From: the human T2T-CHM13v2.0 reference genome, Homo sapiens
Assembly (NCBI RefSeq): GCF_009914755.1
Contig: NC_060936.1
Strand: one strand, 5' to 3'
Length of the DNA: 64,000 nt
Position 1 is the stretch's first letter; every line of letters begins with the position of its first letter. The notes below the pieces were generated by a model that saw nothing but the letters and a program-made list of their open reading frames with translations, was not told the origin of the DNA and did not search any database. Position numbers and translations under genes: made by a program. This document shows positions 61,855 to 64,000 of this stretch, one piece after another.

Positions 61855-62332
61855 CTAAAGCTTGGGAAGCAGCGATGGACACAAGCCCTTGGCTAACAAA
61901 ACACAGTTTAGACGCCTGCTGTGTGGGTGCCTGGCTTGTGGGAAGGACTTGAGCAGGGTCTGGGGCTCTCTTAGTCTGTGAGTCCACTTTCTGAGTGTTA
62001 CTCGTTTCCCCTGGGATCTTGGAGGGGTTTTCTGTGGTTTGAATGAACACTAGTGTCTTCTTGGGACTGCTCGTTCAATGTGTGTCTACTAAGGCCTCCT
62101 CTGGTGCAGGCTTGGTGCTTGTGCAGCAGCGCCCTGGGGGCCAAGGAGCAGCTTCTGGGCAGTGTGCTGGCTCCAGATGAATGCACTTGTTCCCCCCCAA
62201 GTCTGCCTCAGTCGTGCGATGGCTCATGTGACACATACTCATACTGATGAAGCGTCTCTGGTCAGACACAGTGCTAGGTGCCTGGACATGACAGATACTT
62301 TGACGTGGAAAATTCTGTTTTTTGCTTTGTAG

Positions 62333-62469
62333 GTAATTGGGGCCCCCATCTTGTTGTTGTGAGAAGTTGTAACATACTCAAGTGGGAGCTTGAATTGAAA
62401 CGTTGGTGTCCCGGACTCAAAATCCTCTCATATATTGGCAGCCACAGAGAACTCAAAGCAAAGAGACAG
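62333..62469 (+). CDS. EP400: EP400 exon 16 (GNWGPHLVVV...KAKRQ; motif Ia)
   Basis: ttgtag|GT ... CAG|GTATTT; 137 nt. Confidence 0.95.
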
Positions 62470-63068
62470 GTATTTTTTTTTTAAACATAAAATAAAGCTA
62501 AACAGAAAGCCATGTTAATTTTTATAAAAGACACATTAAAAAATGTGAAGACATGCTTATTCATGGAATTATTAAAGATCACTCATTCATGAGTTAACAG
62601 ACCTTTATGTTGTTCCCCTCGAAAGCATAGACAATACCGCATCGGCCTGGCCATTCCTTGTGAGGAGGGCCACGCACTCGCAGGCCCAGGTGTGCACAGA
62701 TCTCAGTGTCACTGCCCAGAAAGTGGGGCAGTTTGCTCCGAAAATGGTATTCTCTGGGACAGTGCAACACTTTCCCCCTGGAGGCCCTGCTGGCTTCCAC
62801 AGGCACAGAGGAGAAGCTAGGTGCTCCCAGCTCTGAATTTAAAACCCATAGAACCATTTCCACAACATGCCTAATAGATAACGTTTCTGGAACAAATTTT
62901 AACTTATTAAAGATTTTTGTCTGCCCTATAGTTTCTAGTACTAGGTCACTGAAGGTAGATTCATCACAGTTTTCCATTGAGTAGAACGTTTTGGACCATT
63001 AGACATCATTGTGTTGAGTAGTGTTTACTGAAAAAGTGAGCTTTCAGTAGTATTTTCTTTTTTACTAT

Positions 63069-63423
63069 TGTAGTCTGTTTTTGGTGCTATTGCAAAATAC
63101 CACAGACTGGGTAATTTGTAAGTATAGAAATTTATTTCTCACAGTTCTGGAGGCTGTGAAGTCCAAGATCCAGATGCCAGCAGATTTAGTGTCTGGTGAG
63201 GGCCTGGTTTCCGCTTCCCAGATGGGGCCTTGCTGCTGCACATTTTGGAGGGGACATGGCGGAAGGGATGGAAGGGCAAAAGGGTCCAAGCTGGTTCCCT
63301 CCAGCCCTTTCATACTGCACAAGTTCATCCTTGAGAGCAGGGAAGTCTCCACTTCTTAATACTACCACCATGGGCATTAGATTTCAACATGAGTTTTGGA
63401 GGGAACACATTCAAGCCATAGTA
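63069..63423 (-). mobile_element. MLT1A-like MaLR LTR
   Basis: aaataccacagactgggtaattt...tctcacagttctggaggctg.gaagtccaagatc...tttcaacatgagttttggaggg.acacattcaa.ccatag. Confidence 0.85.
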
Positions 63424-63843
63424 CTATGTCTGGCTTTTAGTTTGTTTTTAAAAAGTGTATAATGCAGTCAGTTGCAATACAGATGTTGACATCTCTTATT
63501 TTTCTGAGCACACTTCCCCTTGTTTTGATTAGATACTAGAAGAGCTCGCCCTGCTTCAGGATCCTCTGCCATAATCTCAGTATTTTCCAAATGGTAATTG
63601 TCAGCGCCTGCAAAATAGCTTCTTAATTTGTCAACGAAACTGCTTTAGACCCCTAGAGGTAGAGATAAAAACATAAACACAGCCGTTTTCTGTGCGGTAA
63701 TAGCAAGTTATTTAAAAAAGCAAGTAAAATTATAGGTGGGAACGGAGTCACTGGGTGGCAAGCTTTGGGAAGTGTGTGTCCTCAAGGTGATTTTGAAAGA
63801 CAGTGGAGTGTGAAGGCACTGAGCTGTCCTCTCTGTGCTGCAG

Positions 63844-64000
63844 GAGTGGGCCGAACCCAACAGCTTCCACGTCTGCATCACGTCCTACACTCAGTTCTTC
63901 CGGGGCCTCACCGCCTTCACACGAGTGCGCTGGAAGTGCCTGGTCATTGATGAGATGCAGCGCGTGAAGGGCATGACCGAGAGGCACTGGGAAGCGGTTT
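63844..64000 (+). CDS. EP400: EP400 exon 17, truncated by the window end (Walker B region VIDEMQ)
   Basis: ctgcag|GAG TGG GCC; open to the window end. Confidence 0.94.

Overview
Primate (human-like) genomic DNA containing the 5' part of EP400 (E1A-binding protein p400, the SWR1/SNF2-family ATPase of the NuA4/TIP60 complex) on the + strand. The window opens in a CpG island with a non-coding first exon (donor at 88). It then carries coding exons 2-16 and part of exon 17, which splice into one open frame of about 1,200 codons: Q/P-rich N-terminus, poly-E, HSA domain and the start of the ATPase lobe. An in-frame 37-codon cassette exon lies in intron 2. Introns are dense with Alu, old L1, Tigger/hAT MITEs and MaLR LTRs, plus an antisense solo LTR13 with a 6-bp TSD. 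The most unusual elements are in intron 12: a 40-copy, nearly homogeneous 27-bp minisatellite built from alternating inverted 11-mers, and a 13-copy 63/64-bp UG/UGAAUG-rich minisatellite. Other notable items are a GC-AG intron, two exons with recursive AG|GT junctions, a possible protein-coding exon-2 circle, an orphan AATAAA-bearing insert inside an Alu, and template-switch palindromes inside Alus. Exon numbers were counted from this window. Repeat family names come from recalled consensus sequences, repeat boundaries are approximate unless a TSD/TIR is quoted, and no database was searched.
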